This document shows positions 1-13,719 of a DNA stretch of 64,000 nucleotides, piece by piece. Within the stretch, counting starts at the first letter, position 1; each line of letters begins with the position of its first letter. The stretch spans positions 37,392,680 to 37,456,679 of the forward strand of contig NC_068982.1 of the NCBI RefSeq assembly GCF_001194135.2, written 5' to 3'. Under the pieces are notes generated by a model. It worked only from the letters and a program-made list of their open reading frames with translations, made no database searches and was not told where the DNA came from. A program made the position numbers and the translations under genes. This DNA comes from Octopus bimaculoides. Its lineage: Eukaryota.

Positions 1-627
1 CCACAGGATTTTGCAATTCTCGTTTTTGGGCACTCCTTCTGGAGTTTGCTCATACCACATCTTTGCTCTTTGTTGGCCATTGTTTCCACAGAGCACCCAA
101 TGGATCATTCTTGCCACATTGTCATGGCGTCTTTTGGATTTGCATTGCGCCAATTTTGGGCATTTGCTAATGATGTGCCATACCATTTCACTGTATTGGC
201 GTTCACATCTCTTGCAAACTGACCATACATTTTCTTTTCCTTCCATGCTTTTTCTTTTTTTTTTATTCATTTCTTGTTTAAATTTTTTTTTAGTTACTCA
301 ATTTCAGTGTTTTTTATATACCGCCCTAGGCTGTTTTTCTCTGCTTCGATACAGTCCTGGCAACTGATTAAACCTCTCACACCCTTTCTTCTGGACAAGT
401 ACAGCCTATCTGTCACTGTTAGGGTGGAAGGCTCTGTGTACTGTCAACATTTTTCTGGTTCTGGTATCCATTTTCTTCACTTCGCTCTTTTGCCATTTTA
501 TAGTTCTCGTTCCATACCAAAGTAATGCTATCGCACACGTATTAACTGCTTGGATTCTATTCCGTCCAGTCAATTTTGAACTCAACACCAACCTCAGTCT
601 TCAGAAATACTCCATCCTCAGTTGCTC
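1..627 (-). mobile_element. Decayed 5'-truncated R4/Dong-clade non-LTR retrotransposon (post-RT region, CCHC knuckle, start of restriction-like endonuclease); runs off the window
   Basis: Minus strand reads [23 protein letters not shown]...[34 protein letters not shown]...HIISKCPKLAQCKSKRRHDNVARMIHW...ENCKILW, with frameshifts and deletions. Confidence 0.8.
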
Positions 628-650
628 TATTATTATTGTTATTATTATTA

Positions 651-681
<31 letters not shown>

Positions 682-708
682 CATTATTATCACTACTACT
701 ATTATTAT
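628..708. repeat. (TAT/TAA)n microsatellite abutting the Dong-like element
   Basis: Directly visible imperfect trinucleotide run. Confidence 0.95.
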
Positions 709-1501
709 TTTTAGTTCCCGGACAGGAAAAGTAAGAGTTTTGTCTTTCAAAATTGGAGTTGTTTTATTGTCAAAGGCTCATCTTGAAGAAAAATATCGTT
801 GTAAGTATTAATGTTTCTTTAAACAAATTAATATATTTTATGTGTTGGCTTAACCAAGCATTTTAGAGAGTGATGTGTGTAAACATGAAAAAACTTTTTG
901 GAATTCTTTTAATTGAAACTTAGTTCTAACAATTAATCATTCTGATCTTTTGATATAAAATGGCTTATTCAATAGAGTATCCAAAAATCATATAGTAAAA
1001 ATAATTTTACTTTCATAGTATAAAAAAGGAAATACCAAGTAAAATACAACTAAGGTAGTTTCTGTTAGTGAGTTAAAATTATGAAAACACCTGAGTGACT
1101 GGTTCAATCCATTGGTCTCTATGTTAGTATGTTTCCTTTCTTTCTGTTTTTACTATAAGTAACTAGTTCATTACTGACAGCTTTCATTGTTTGTAGGAGT
1201 GGGTTATTCATTATGTTCTGTTTTAAAGTTGTTTGTTATTTGAAACATTGTAAGTCACTATCAAATTTTAATCATTATCTCTGTTTAAATTTAATTGTTT
1301 TAAATTTCTAATAGATATTTTTCTTGACATTAGTTAAGCTGTCAACTAGGATTTGAACTCTTTTCTGAGAGTTAGTTGATCAATGTCTTTTTTTAGTTAA
1401 TTGTTTTGTTATGCACAGTTCTTTAATGTTTTTTTTTTTCACTTATCATGTGGCTTGTCAAATACAAAATAAGAAATGAAGAATTGTACTTCTTTCAACA
1501 G

Positions 1502-1659
1502 ATTTGTTTCGACTAATTGCTGATGCAAATGGATTTGCAGACCAGCGGAAACTTGGCTTGTTAATTCATGACTGTATGCAAATACCACGCCAACTTGGTG
1601 AAATTGCCTCATTTGGAGGAAGTAATATTGAACCAAGTGTCCGCAGCTGTTTTGAAAAG
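1502..1659 (+). CDS. DMD: Dystrophin exon (EF-hand region; human exon 67 equivalent, 158 nt, phase 1-0)
   Basis: ttcaacag acceptor, AAG|gtaagt donor; [52 protein letters not shown]. Confidence 0.96.
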
Positions 1660-1980
1660 GTAAGTGTCTTATCTCTCATTGCCGATTAATATACACGCAT
1701 ATTTTCCAATTTAAGTTTGAATTTTGATTATTTCATGCCTCTCCACCTTTTCCACTTATATCAATTTTGTTCATACTTGCATATAAGGATAATCATTTTA
1801 TGTCTAGACAGCAATGTTATATCATCATAGTGTTTTTGTTACCAGGCACACCTAATCAGCAAAACATGCATAGTTAGAATTTCATTATGGAATACTTAAC
1901 ATTTTCTTTCAAAATTTAATGCTTCCTGATGTTTACCTGTATGTGCATATGGTTGTATTTGTGTGCATATACATAGTCAT

Positions 1981-2026
1981 ACATACATACATACATACAT
2001 ACATACATACATACATACATACATAC
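1981..2026. repeat. (ACAT)n microsatellite
   Basis: Directly visible. Confidence 0.95.
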
Positions 2027-2189
2027 AGTTGTCCCTCAGTTAACATAGTATATCTATATATATATCATTCTATCTACCAGACTATCAGATGTCCTTATAC
2101 ATCACTGGTCACAATGTGCTTCCATTCTTCCCTTTATTGTACCCTTCTCTTTCATTTGTGCCCCCATCTTTTTTTTTTCTCTCTCTTTT

Positions 2190-2720
2190 ACTATGGCATC
2201 TTCCCAGTCCAACTGGTCTTTTCTGGTCTTTTGAATGCCATTAGACAACTGCACAGGTCTGTTTGTTGTCATTCAGTTTTGTGACATGTTTGGCCCAGCA
2301 GAAGTTGTGCTTTCAGTATTTTGCAGTCACTTCTTTACTTCTCTCTCTTTTCAAATTACCTCATTTCCAATATGCTTCCACAACAATATTCTTAGTATGG
2401 ATCTTTCCATAGCTCTGTATCATAGCTTGCAGGTGTTCTTCCTTCTTTATGTAGCCTATTCCTCACTTGTATTTAGGTGCACAGGTTAAAGAGACTGGCA
2501 TGCAGAGTCTTGTCTAGCTGTGCATTGAGTGTATCTTTAATCAAGGCAAATGCCTTCCATCATACTCTTATGCAGCAGAAAATTTCAATTTCCATGTTTC
2601 AGCATATATTTATTGTCAGTCCCAAGTAGATGCACTCCTTCACCTCCTCATTTTCATTATTTCCCACAATATTCAACCTTGTGCTACATTTATTAATATT
2701 AATATAATACTAGCTGACTC
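2190..2720 (-). mobile_element. Decayed RTE-clade LINE, 3' part of ORF
   Basis: Minus-strand remnants EEVKECIYLG, WKAF..KDTLN, AMERSIL, WAKHVTKLNDNKQT, KRPVG, which fit the RTE C-terminal pattern; many stops. Confidence 0.65.
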
Positions 2721-2816
2721 CATTGATATTCCACCAATTAATTAGAAACAACCACTAAGTATTGAGGATCAATATGACATTTTAAATGTTTAACTTATAA
2801 TAATAATAATAATAAT

Positions 2817-2997
2817 NNNNNNNNNNNNNNNNNNNNNNNNNNNNNNNNNNNNNNNNNNNNNNNNNNNNNNNNNNNNNNNNNNNNNNNNNNNNNNNNNNNN
2901 NNNNNNNNNNNNNNNNNNNNNNNNNNNNNNNNNNNNNNNNNNNNNNNNNNNNNNNNNNNNNNNNNNNNNNNNNNNNNNNNNNNNNNNNNNNNNNNNN
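2817..2997. other. Assembly gap (N run) between microsatellites
   Basis: 181 N. Confidence 1.
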
Positions 2998-3409
2998 TAT
3001 ATATATATAAAACCTAAGTACATACATACAACACAACAAAATAAATCAAATGAATTAAACAAATAACTAAAACTATTGAAATGGAATATTTTACTCATTT
3101 ATAACTAGATAATAAACAATACATATACAAAAACAAAGTAAAATGAACAATGCTTTTTGTGAAAGTCCTTTTTTAGTTCACACATATATGAATGCTAATG
3201 GTGCACATTCATATACACAAACCACCCCAACTCTCTCCCACAAACATGTACACACTGCTAATTGTTGTATGTGTGTTTACACATCAAAGGCATTCATATA
3301 TATGCATGTGCTTGTAGCATTCACTCTCTCTTGAACACTTTTACCATTCCCTTTCCACAGCATGACAAATTTTTTTATACCACTTGAACTTACCATTAGC
3401 ACTTTAATA

Positions 3410-3860
3410 CAATACATTCTATCAAGACTTGGAAAAAAAATGCCACTTCACAAATCTACTTGCATTGTTGTGATGGGAGATTTCAATGCAAAGGTCAGAA
3501 AAGAGTGACTGAGCAGGAAATGTGTTAGAAAATTTGGATTGGGAGAGAAAACTGAAACAGGTGAACATTTTGTCACCATAGTAGGAGAAATGAAGACTTC
3601 CATCAAAATCCATGTGATACACCTTGGCAGATAGTTGGTTTGGAGTTAGGCAACAGAAAGTATGTGAAGAAAATCAGGAGCAACAGCTAATGGAGGAGTG
3701 AAAGAGGAAAAAAGGGAGGGAGTGAGAGAGATATAAATGAAATATAGAGAGAAAAAGAAGATTTAAGAAGTCACAGTAGCTGGATAAATCTCTTAAGATG
3801 ACAAAATAGGCTGTGTGTACTAGAATTATAGATAATTCTAAGTAAAAAGATGTGAACACC
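3410..3860 (+). mobile_element. Decayed LINE apurinic-like endonuclease fragment (RTE-like)
   Basis: FYQDLEK...IVVMGDFNAKV...KFGLGEKTETGEHFV; GDFNAK is the APE motif. Confidence 0.7.
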
Positions 3861-3884
3861 AGTAAATCGGAAAAAAATCATTAT

Positions 3885-4560
3885 CATCATTATTTAATAT
3901 CCATTTTCCATACTGGCATGAGTTAGATGATTTGACAGGAGCTGGCAAACCAGAGGATTGCGCCAAGCTCTACTGTGTGCTCTGTCATGTTTCTATGGCT
4001 GATGCCCTTCATAATGTCAACTCTTTACAGAGTGCACTAAGTGCTTTTTACATGGCACTGGTGAGGTCATCAAGCAACTTGTAAGATAAAGACTTCTCAA
4101 CTGAGAGGAGGAGAGGTACCGAGTGATAGGAGGTTAAACTATGAAGAGGGATGGAAGAAGGTGTTTTGCTGTTGAGGAGGTACGTGGTTACTCCACTCAG
4201 ACAGAGAGAGTATGGTGGTGAAGATATGCCAGAGCATACCTTCAAGGTACAAGGAAGTGAATGTGGACTTGTATGGAGGATTAGACCAGGTGAGTGAGAA
4301 GAGAGTTCATGAGAATACAAAAAAACAGTGATGGGAGTAGGAAGTAGAAGGGAAACACAGTGAGTGGTGAACACATGCAAAATAAGAATGGTGGGAGAGG
4401 GGAATGTGGCAAATGATGAACACTGGTATATAGGGGAGTGGCAGGATAGTAATGATACAGTTGGCAGGATAGGACAGGAAATAGAGCTTCCAAAGCAATG
4501 TTGGGCTGCGGGAGGAGGGGTTAATAAAAAACAAATTAACATGATAATACTCCTCATCAG
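3885..4560 (-). mobile_element. SINE-like repeat with (ATG)n tail; diverged inverted homologue of 5250-6010
   Basis: Reverse complement of the recurring tail aagggcatc(c)agcc...ccagyatggaaaa..gay.ttaaa(t)gatgat, plus a purine-rich body. Confidence 0.55.
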
Positions 4561-4879
4561 TCATGTATCCTGGATTCATTACAGTTTCAGCACTAAACAG
4601 TGTTGTTCATGTTCATCCATAAAATGCCAGTGGTTGTAAACAATCACTTGGATGAAAGATGGAACACTTTACTTAACACTTAAAGGATAGTGTCTTGTAA
4701 TTAAAATGAAGTAGTCAACCGATACAGAGTCTTATGACTCAAATAAAAGGATAATATCTTTTAGCTAAAGATAAAATGAAGTTGATGCCAATACAGATGT
4801 AAAAAGAAATGATTACTTTGTCAAAATAACTCCTAGGACAAACCAAGATATACTTATGCATACACAGGTGTGGGTATAG

Positions 4880-5200
4880 ATGCAGGCATGGCTGTGTGGT
4901 GGAGAAATTTTCTTCCCAACTACAAGCTTTCAGGTTCAGTCCCATTACATAGCACCAGTCACAACCTTGTGAGTGAATTTAGATGGAAACTGAAAGAAGG
5001 CTGTTGTATGTTTGTGTCTCTTCGTCTTGACACTACATGGTAGTTGTTAGCGTCACTACAACATCATACATGCAGTGTGATTCATTTCCAGTATTCTGTA
5101 AAAACATGTCCCGCCATGGGGAAATATTACTTAACTAGGAAGCAGGTGAGTGTTGGTGACAAGAAGGGCACCCAGCTGAGAAAATCTCCTTAACACTCAG
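4880..5200 (+). mobile_element. tRNA-headed SINE
   Basis: Head ggcatggctgtgtggt...ggttcagtccca (box A/B-like) and gtgagtgaattt...ggaaactgaaagaag core, which recur at ~26950, 36615, 36995 and 50790. Confidence 0.65.
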
Positions 5201-5249
5201 CGCTTCCTATTTACTACATTATTTTGCTACTATAAATAATGAAATTAGA

Positions 5250-6010
5250 AACTGTTACTGCAAACCATTTCATATCACCATTTCTGTAGTGTCAGTCACT
5301 ACTCTCTCTCTCCCCTGACACCTGTCTATCATTTCTTTCCCTCCTACCACTCATATTTACCATCAGTCACCTCTTCCCCTGTTCACCATTCACTATATTC
5401 ACCACCTTTATACATCTAGCCACTTCCAACTCTCTGCCCCACACACACACTCTTGCAAACTCACCCACCCCTGCTGATTCTACCCCCATGCTCTATTCTG
5501 TTCAACATCTAAGTCATATGTTCTAACACCTATGCACCACCACATTTACCTCTTTGTGGCACCACTTCAATCACACCCACTCATGCAAAATGTAAAAAGC
5601 TATGAATCTCCTCCTCAACAAACTTATCCCAACTCCTCCCATCTTACAACACCTTGTATAAAGTGACTGCTCTGTCTCCTCTCCTCCCTTTCAGACAAGG
5701 GAGCTCTTTAGTCTTGTAGCTACACTAATGCTGGTAGTGCAATAAAGGCCCCCAGCAAACTCTGTAAAGTATTTAGCATTAGGAAGGCATGTGTGTAGAC
5801 ATGTGTGATATGTGTACAGGTACATGTATGTCATGCAAGCAGTGTCCTTCATTTCAAATCTTCCATGAAAACAAGTCTGGTTGTGGGGAATATTACCATA
5901 CATGGAAACAAGTGATGGTTGATGACAGGAAGGACATAGAAAATCTGCCTCGATAAATTTTGTCTGACCCATGCAAGCATGGAAAAGTGGGTGTTAAGTT
6001 TGAGGATGAT
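5250..6010 (+). mobile_element. SINE-like repeat with conserved 3' tail
   Basis: Ends in aaatctgcctc...tctgacccatgcaagcatggaaaagtgg..gttaa..gatgat, the same tail as at 27300-27380. Confidence 0.55.
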
Positions 6011-7991
6011 TATTATATATATGTATAAACACAACTATATTTAAGTTAGATTTTTTTTTTTAATTTCATTACTGATCCTTTGTCTTTGGTTTGGAACAAT
6101 AATGTTCCTAAATCCATTAATCTGATGTTTCATGATCTTCAGAATTTCATTTGTAATGGAGTGTAGTCTGTATATTTTGTAGTAAATCACAAAGGAACAG
6201 GGGAAATATTTTTACAACAAATCAAATCATCCACACCAGGGTTACAATTATGTAATGGTAAATAATCCTGGTAGTTTTCATGATATCATGGTATATCTTT
6301 TGTCAGGTATAAACTTATCACCTTGTCTAGGGTATGTGTTACAATGGGTTTGTGAGGAGGTTAAAGATTATGGCTGAGTGTTAAGGAGTGCTGAAGAACT
6401 ACAGACAAAAAAGATTAGGTGAACTAGGAGCCTTTATAGGACATTCATGAAATATGGGAGAAGTGGTGATGTCTGAGTGAACAATCTAGAAAGTGTTGTC
6501 TAGAAAGTACTTGGGGGCTACAAAACCGTGTATAGAGATTTGGTATCTAAAGTGAAGAGGAGCAGGGATCAGGCAATGAGTGAGGAGAAAGCTGAAAAGA
6601 TGAAGAGCATGATTAGTGTGATGAACGTGGAAGAGGAGAGCAATGACTTATGGTTGGAAAATTCTAGTAAAGATACTTAGAAATTATTGAGGTGGACAAT
6701 TGCAAGCAAGGTAGTTAGGTTTGTGAATTTGGGGAATGAAATAGACAGAAGATTACGACAATGAAGTTGACAGTGGAGGATTTTTTGTGTGTGTGTACAC
6801 ATGCACACTACATAAAGGGTTCTAGGAAGTATGTTTACTTGTATATACAAAGTACATACAGAGAAATAGATAATATGTGTAATTGTTGAACCTCAGGTCA
6901 GCCTGAATCAAACAGACTTTCCAGTTTTGACCATCCTCTCTTTTTATGGATATCTTGGACTACAATATCGTAATGTTTCCTTCTGTTTTGTAAGGTGGGG
7001 GAGTGTGTTCTATAAAAACTAACCATATGCATGTAAGAATAGTCAGTTGGCTGAACCTCAATATTTGACTGGGGTATTTCTTTTGTTGTTGATGACAAGG
7101 ATCAGAACAATGAAGGAGGATGCTCTGTGTAGTCACTACATTGCTAGAAATAGCATTTAAATTTTCCTCACGTCTCACCCTACCATTTTCAAAAAATAGA
7201 CTAGGAACATTGCTGAACATGTACTTTGATGCCAAGTACCTGGAAAATGTATAGAAAAGGTTAAGATGATCATATCTGGAATGTCTTTTAATCAAAATAT
7301 TGTTTGACCTGTGCTTACCTGGGACTAAACAATGAAAACAACCTTGGAAAGATAAAAGGAAAAGTTATTTGTCCAAAATTTGGACTCAGAAGCTGAATAT
7401 TGTATGGCATTTATTGACACTCCACTCTTTCTGTAATGTTTGTGTCCTTGAGATAAGCATTTATTTGAGTTTATATCATGCAAATAATATTCCAGTAGCA
7501 TGGTTGAGCATTGGTTCTTTCGTATCCCTTTAAACTATCCAAACATTGTAAAATAAAAAAGAATATTTCACTTTCCACTGTCCAATCTATTATATATAAG
7601 TTTAGCAAATATGAGAGGTAAACAAGGGTAGTCAGAAGAATTCTTAGGCTCATAATGGTGTTCAGTAGCATGAGTGTATAGGAAATAAAATCAGAAGTGG
7701 ATATCTGTAGTAGTGACACCATTGTATGATTTTATATACACTTAGGTTTTTCACTATTTATCTCATGTTATTGAAATTGGTAATAAAACTGATGTGAATT
7801 GAAAATTACTTGCATTGTTTATATTCCGAAAAAGGGGAGGTAATCAGTACTAACTCTCACAAATCTTATCCTTTTTTTAATTCTTTATGATTCATTTCAA
7901 AAATAAAGGTGTTCCCTAAATGTAATATTCTGTTTTCATAAAGATTTTTTTCTAATGTTTTTTGTTTTGTTTTTTTCCCTTCACATTTCAG

Positions 7992-8158
7992 GCAAGTAGT
8001 CATCCTGAAATTCAAGCCGCTCAGTTTGTTGATTGGATGCGACTAGAACCACAGTCAATGGTATGGCTACCAGTTCTTCATCGGTTAGCAGCTGCTGAGA
8101 CTGCCAAACATCAAGCCAAGTGTAACATATGTAAAGAATTCCCCATTATTGGCTTCAG
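7992..8158 (+). CDS. DMD: Dystrophin exon (end of EF region and start of ZZ; exon 68 equivalent, 167 nt, phase 0-2)
   Basis: catttcag acceptor, AG|gtaaga donor; [56 protein letters not shown]. Confidence 0.97.
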
Positions 8159-11100
8159 GTAAGATAAAATTTTTCAAGATAATTTTTGTTTCATTTTCTA
8201 TTACATTTTTTTGTACACATGGTGTAGGGTTTTTACACAGATTCTAGAGATATAGTATTTGATAGAAAAAATCTTGTTGTTGCCATAAGGATATGGATAC
8301 ATGTAGTTACAACTTTTAGGTTTATTTTTAAAATTTACTCATGTTAAGCATATATAAAAGTTTGTTAGGGTGTTTTTTTTTCTTTACATTTTGGCTCTGA
8401 GAAGGAGATATTTAGCTAACATTGCTTCATATACTTTCATTATTCTCGTTGTGCTACCCTAACTTTTTTGAAATATTCAAAGATTTCACCCTTCATATTA
8501 GACAGAATGAAGAATTCTAAATTAATATTGGACTCAAATCACACATATACATCACTGCTGAGCAATTGCAGTACTAAATATTATTTACATCAATCTATTA
8601 AGCTGATTAATAATGAGATTAGTTTGTAGCTTAAATAAGGAACAAAATTTGTTTGATATTAACTGGTTAAATTTTAAAATCTGAAAATATCACAATATGT
8701 GGAAAAGAAGTTGTGTTGATTAAGTCTTACACCGCATTATTATCTTATGTTTTATAGTTAGAACAACAGTTTAATTGAAAATCTATAAGACTTTATAGAT
8801 TTTGTGTGGAACCTATTTTCCTTTTTTTTTCCCACCATTGCTATAAAATGTTCTGTTTTGAAAACTAGCTTATAACAGTCAAGATTATTCTATTGATGGG
8901 AAGTAACTCAGTTGACTTTAGATAACCTTTTTTCAAACATAGAAATTTGTTATCAAGAATCCATAAATGAGCGTCTACATAAGTTACTTGACTTATTATA
9001 CTGACAATGACATCTTTGAACGAAAATCCTGTCATAAATATCAAGATTGCATTTTTGAAATCTTAACCTTGATGTATCTTTAGCACAGAAAAGTTATTAT
9101 ATATAGTTGTGCTATATATAATCAATGAACTCTTAATTTGATAAGTAAAAATAATGTGGGGAAAAAATGTTATTGTAATCTTATGATTTAACTTTCCTAT
9201 ATGGAGTTATAGATAACAAGTTTAAATCAAAACTTATAATGGTTTGATTTGTACTTTTTAAAAGATTTTCAAAATAGAAACAAAAATTCATAATGTTTTT
9301 TCTTACTAGTATCAGTCATTGAACTGCAGTTATGCTGGGGGACCACCTTTATGGGTTTAGTCAATGCAAACAACCCCAATACTTATTTTTAAGTTTGGTG
9401 TTTATCATGTCAGTTTTCTTTTTGCCAGACTGCTTATTTAAGGGAGTATAAACAAAATAATGCTGGTTGTCAGTAAGAGCCAATGCACACACACACAGAC
9501 TTACCAATATACTTACAATGGGCCTTTACACAATCCAACCAAGATACTGAACCCTAAACCCAAAGATATGTGATTTCCAAACAAAATTGTTAACCACACA
9601 GCTGTAGCATCACCGTTGTTTATCACTAACTTAAAATTTTACTAACAACCATGGTTTTTACATCCAACCTATATCCCATTTGTTTGTGGCATCTGACTGG
9701 TTTCACTTACTTTGATTCAAATAATAAACATACTTACCTCAAACTATGAATCATAGCACTTATGTTTGGTCCATTTAGTTATATTGTGCATATTATAACA
9801 CCTAAGTGGTCATTAGAAAACTTGGGTTTTCTAATAGGAACTGAGTTGGGGATGAAATAAAAAAATTTTAATCAACTGTCGAATTATTAAACTTTGATTT
9901 GATGGGTCATAAATGGAAATCTGTTTTGGTTGTCATTTAGTGGGGTCCACTCAGTCATAACTTTCTCCCTACCAGTTGTGGACAACGCCCAGAAGGAAAA
10001 AACAGCAAACAGCACTACTCTTCCTCTGTTTTTTTTCATACTTTCATTTCTAGATTGAACTTGAAGAGGCGGGAAAATTCATGTTCAAAAATAAAGTTTG
10101 ATTTTATATTGATATGTTAGATAACCAGAAATGTTATGTGAATGCAATAGATGTGCCAGTTTTGAATGTGGCAAAATAAGTGATAAAATGAAAGTTATTT
10201 TTATGAGAAAGAACACTTTAGTGATTTTCTCTAGATGGAATTGGTGAGAATTAAGTAAATAAGTACTGTTGGCTAGAAGTGGATTAAAGTAGAAATAAGT
10301 TTTTTAAATGTTGGTCTAAATAAACTACAGTGTTTTTGCTTTGAAAAACATTAAGAAGTCACATTTAAATAGTCAAATTTTAATGTCAAAACATGATTGG
10401 TTTTATAAATGTTATTTTAATCTCCATTCTCTTACAAATGTGCCACAACCTATGTTTAAGCAAAAAGTTAATATAGAAAATACTATTTTAAAATTTCCTA
10501 TCTATAGCAGTTTACACAATTTGAATAAAATATTTCTGTATATGAGCTCAAATAAATGGTTGTCCTGCAATTTAGTTTTTTCCTTTTATTTAAATATAAT
10601 GGCAATATTTCTAAGTAAATTTAACGTTGTTCCATTACTGATTTAGTAATTAAGCTAGTTGCTACTTCATTTGATACTATTGTTCTTACTTTTGCTATTG
10701 ATGTTTTTTAGCTACATTTACTTCTGCTGTTTGAGATCATCATTTCATACAATATTTCTTATGATGAAAATATTGTTTTCTAATTTTAGCAACCAATGTG
10801 CTTTATTTCATAATTATTTTCGCTAGTGACTTTTAATAGAAATAAATTCTCCATCATTGTGATTTTAAAGTGCTCTAAGTAAATAAAAAGAAATGATTTT
10901 GTTCTTTACTCTTTACATTAAAATCATTTATTGTTTATGCAAATAAAATTCTTGATATTGGAAAATGTATTCTTGCTGTTTTGATAGTATTGTGACCTTA
11001 AGAAAAACAAATAATGTCGTCTTAGTTTTCCAGATGCTGAAAACACAAACTTTCTGATTATTTGCACTGTTTGAAGTTTATTTTGAAATAATTTAGTCAG

Positions 11101-11971
11101 GGAAGGAGAAGCAGTGTTGGTGACCTTTGCAAGTCTTCTCAGATTGATGAAATTGATGCATCCTTTGCCTAACTTGAAATTCTAATAAAAACAACATGGA
11201 TGGGGAAGTAACTAGGGGTTCTGGTTCAGATGCTTTCAATAGACGTTGCTAAGGCATTAAGGTAGTCAAATAACTATCTTAACTTCCTCTACCCACAGAA
11301 GCTTGTAGCCCATGGCAAGTTAACGCTTCATTGTGCTAGGAAATCTTTAGCTTAGGTTAAGTGATAGCTAACCTACTCAATGTGACAGTTTCCCTAGTTA
11401 TCCATGTTTATCTGTTATACCAGATGATGTAGGCATACCAGTCATAAATTGTTTCCTTTTTTAGTCTGATGTTCTGTATGGTGGCACTGCTACTGGCTTG
11501 TATGTTTTGTGGCAATGATTGAATACAAAACAAGGTATCCTGAGACTAATAGCATCACTGAGCTTTCTTGCTTTTTACACTAGCCTGGCCTTGTGAATTA
11601 TATGGAAAATGGTGAAATTTCCAAAGATCTACTATACAGAGAACTTCCATGTAGCACCAATCTATAAAATCTATGCAGTTGTAGACAAGAAAATGAGAAG
11701 CTAAAACATTTTTTTTTTCTCAAAAGTGGCACTGCTAGAAGTAGATGTGGTGAGGAAATTCACATTAGAAAACAAAATTGGATGACATAATTTACTAAGA
11801 TTGTAAAGCTTTGCTGCTCTTCTTATATTAAAAGCACTCTGTCTATTTCAGAAATTAAGACATATATTTAAATGATTTTATAACAAGAGTGCTTAGTCAA
11901 GTAAGAAAAATATAATACAATAATATATATACATGTGTATGTGTGCATATATATATATATAAATAATATAC

Positions 11972-11989
<18 letters not shown>

Positions 11990-12006
<17 letters not shown>

Positions 12007-12810
12007 TGCATATATGGGTACATTACCAACAGTAAACAACGTGAAATATGAAAGCAAATGAGTTCAATATGCAAACAACGAAAGAAACAAATAGAAAACA
12101 GGGCAAGTATCATAAAGAACGACCCTTCATCAGTTGTCAGCTGTCTATCTACTCCTCATTTCGAGCATTGAACGACAATATGAGTCTTCAAAGACAGTTG
12201 CTTCCGTAAGTACCAAAATAAAATTTAGGATTTATGGAGGGTCAAAGTTGGGAACAAAAACAGGACAGTGGAGACATACAAGGAAACCGAACAAAAACAA
12301 ACATGGTGGATCATTAGACCAGAACAAGGATAAAATAACAAACACTGGAGAAATATTTTCTTTGACAACAGAAAAGATAGAAGAGAGAGATTGGATACGT
12401 ACTGTCCTTAAGACAGTCCTGAAAGAAAAGATGATCACATGAGGAAGATGGACGATGGTCATGTGTGTGCAACGAGAGAGAGAACAGAGAAAGAGGAAGA
12501 GAGACAGGGACAGATAGAAAAACGGTGAAGGGGATGAAAAATGGGAATTAGAGGAAGGATGAGAGAGAAAACAGTATAGAGTAGAGTCACATCAAAAAGA
12601 TAAAGATAAATTTACTTGGAAATGGATGCGTGGTGTTCAATCAAATAACAATATAAATAATATACACATGCATATATGGGTACAGGATGTCACCAACAGT
12701 AAACAACATGAAATAGGAAAGCAAATGAGTTCAATACGCAAACAATGAGAGAAACAAATGGAAAACAAGACAAATAACATAAAGGATGACCCTTCATCAG
12801 TTGTTGGCAA
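11990..12810. repeat. Two direct copies (~12000-12140 and ~12660-12805) of an interspersed repeat; class uncertain, possibly Penelope-like
   Basis: cacatgcatatatgggtac...caccaacagtaaacaac...gcaaatgagttcaata...gacccttcatcagttgt occurs twice; a related inverted copy lies at ~13520-13630. Confidence 0.7.
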
Positions 12811-13719
12811 GCGAAATTCTGTCTGTCCATCTGGAACCACTATACCTCAGTCTACATTTGCTTTGCATAGGCATATTATATCTATTTAGAATCAGGATAA
12901 TTGAAAATTTGCCCTTCATTTGGTTCTTGAACATCCAGCATAAGGATCTGATTTAGAAGCATTTGGGTTGCTATTTCTAGCAGGTAAAGCTTGGCTGATT
13001 CATGCCATCTCGGTTGGCGTTTGTCAGATGACATCAGAAATCAAGAGAGAGATAAATGACATTCGCTTCATTAATTTTATGTCAAAATAAGAACTTTGGG
13101 ACAAATTGGTCAACGGTTGGAATTCAACTTGGGACTGGAACTATAGAATGATAGTATTACAGAATTAATTCTCATCCATCTTTAACCTCTGATCAAGCAC
13201 CACCAGGGCATTTAGTCATTATAGACATATTATAGTCATGCAATTTAGCTGTCTTTAGTTTTGGGCTGCAGGCCCAATTAGCCCTCTACAGGTGCTATTT
13301 TAAAAGTCGACACAGAGTGTGGCTTTTGGTCTAGTATATAATAAATGAAGAATGAAATAGCTAGTATTGCATTCATTCAATGGTTTACAGTTATTTCTAA
13401 AGCATTTAGGTGATAAATCTTATATCATATATGTAGACTTGGATGAGTGCTGCCTGAGATAAACGTTGAATTATCTGATCACTTCTCAACTTCTCACTAT
13501 ATATAAACGTCTAGTTAGAATAGAGACAGCTGATGAAGGGATATTCCAAGTGGCTTTCCGTTTTCCTATGTGTTCATTCCGTTGTCTGTAGTTCATTGTT
13601 CTAACGTCCTGTACCCTGATATGCATATATATACACATGTAGATGTAAGTATGTACATATATGTGTGTATACATGTATATATATTCTTTGTATTATATAT
13701 ATATATATATATGTATATG

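Noticed and set aside
11-525. Plus-strand ORFs of 118 and 83 aa (also 4048-4639, 12134-12462, 42179-42607)
   Set aside because: Antisense or off-frame reads of TE remnants or low-complexity intron DNA; no splice or homology support.
4880-4960. tRNA-like box A/B sequences here and in other SINE heads
   Set aside because: No cloverleaf can be formed, and they continue into SINE bodies.
8131-8142. Phe in KEFP where human dystrophin has Cys; initially suggested the pathogenic C3313F
   Set aside because: By my count the position corresponds to human C3319, not C3313, and an aromatic residue here is usual in invertebrate dystrophins as I recall.
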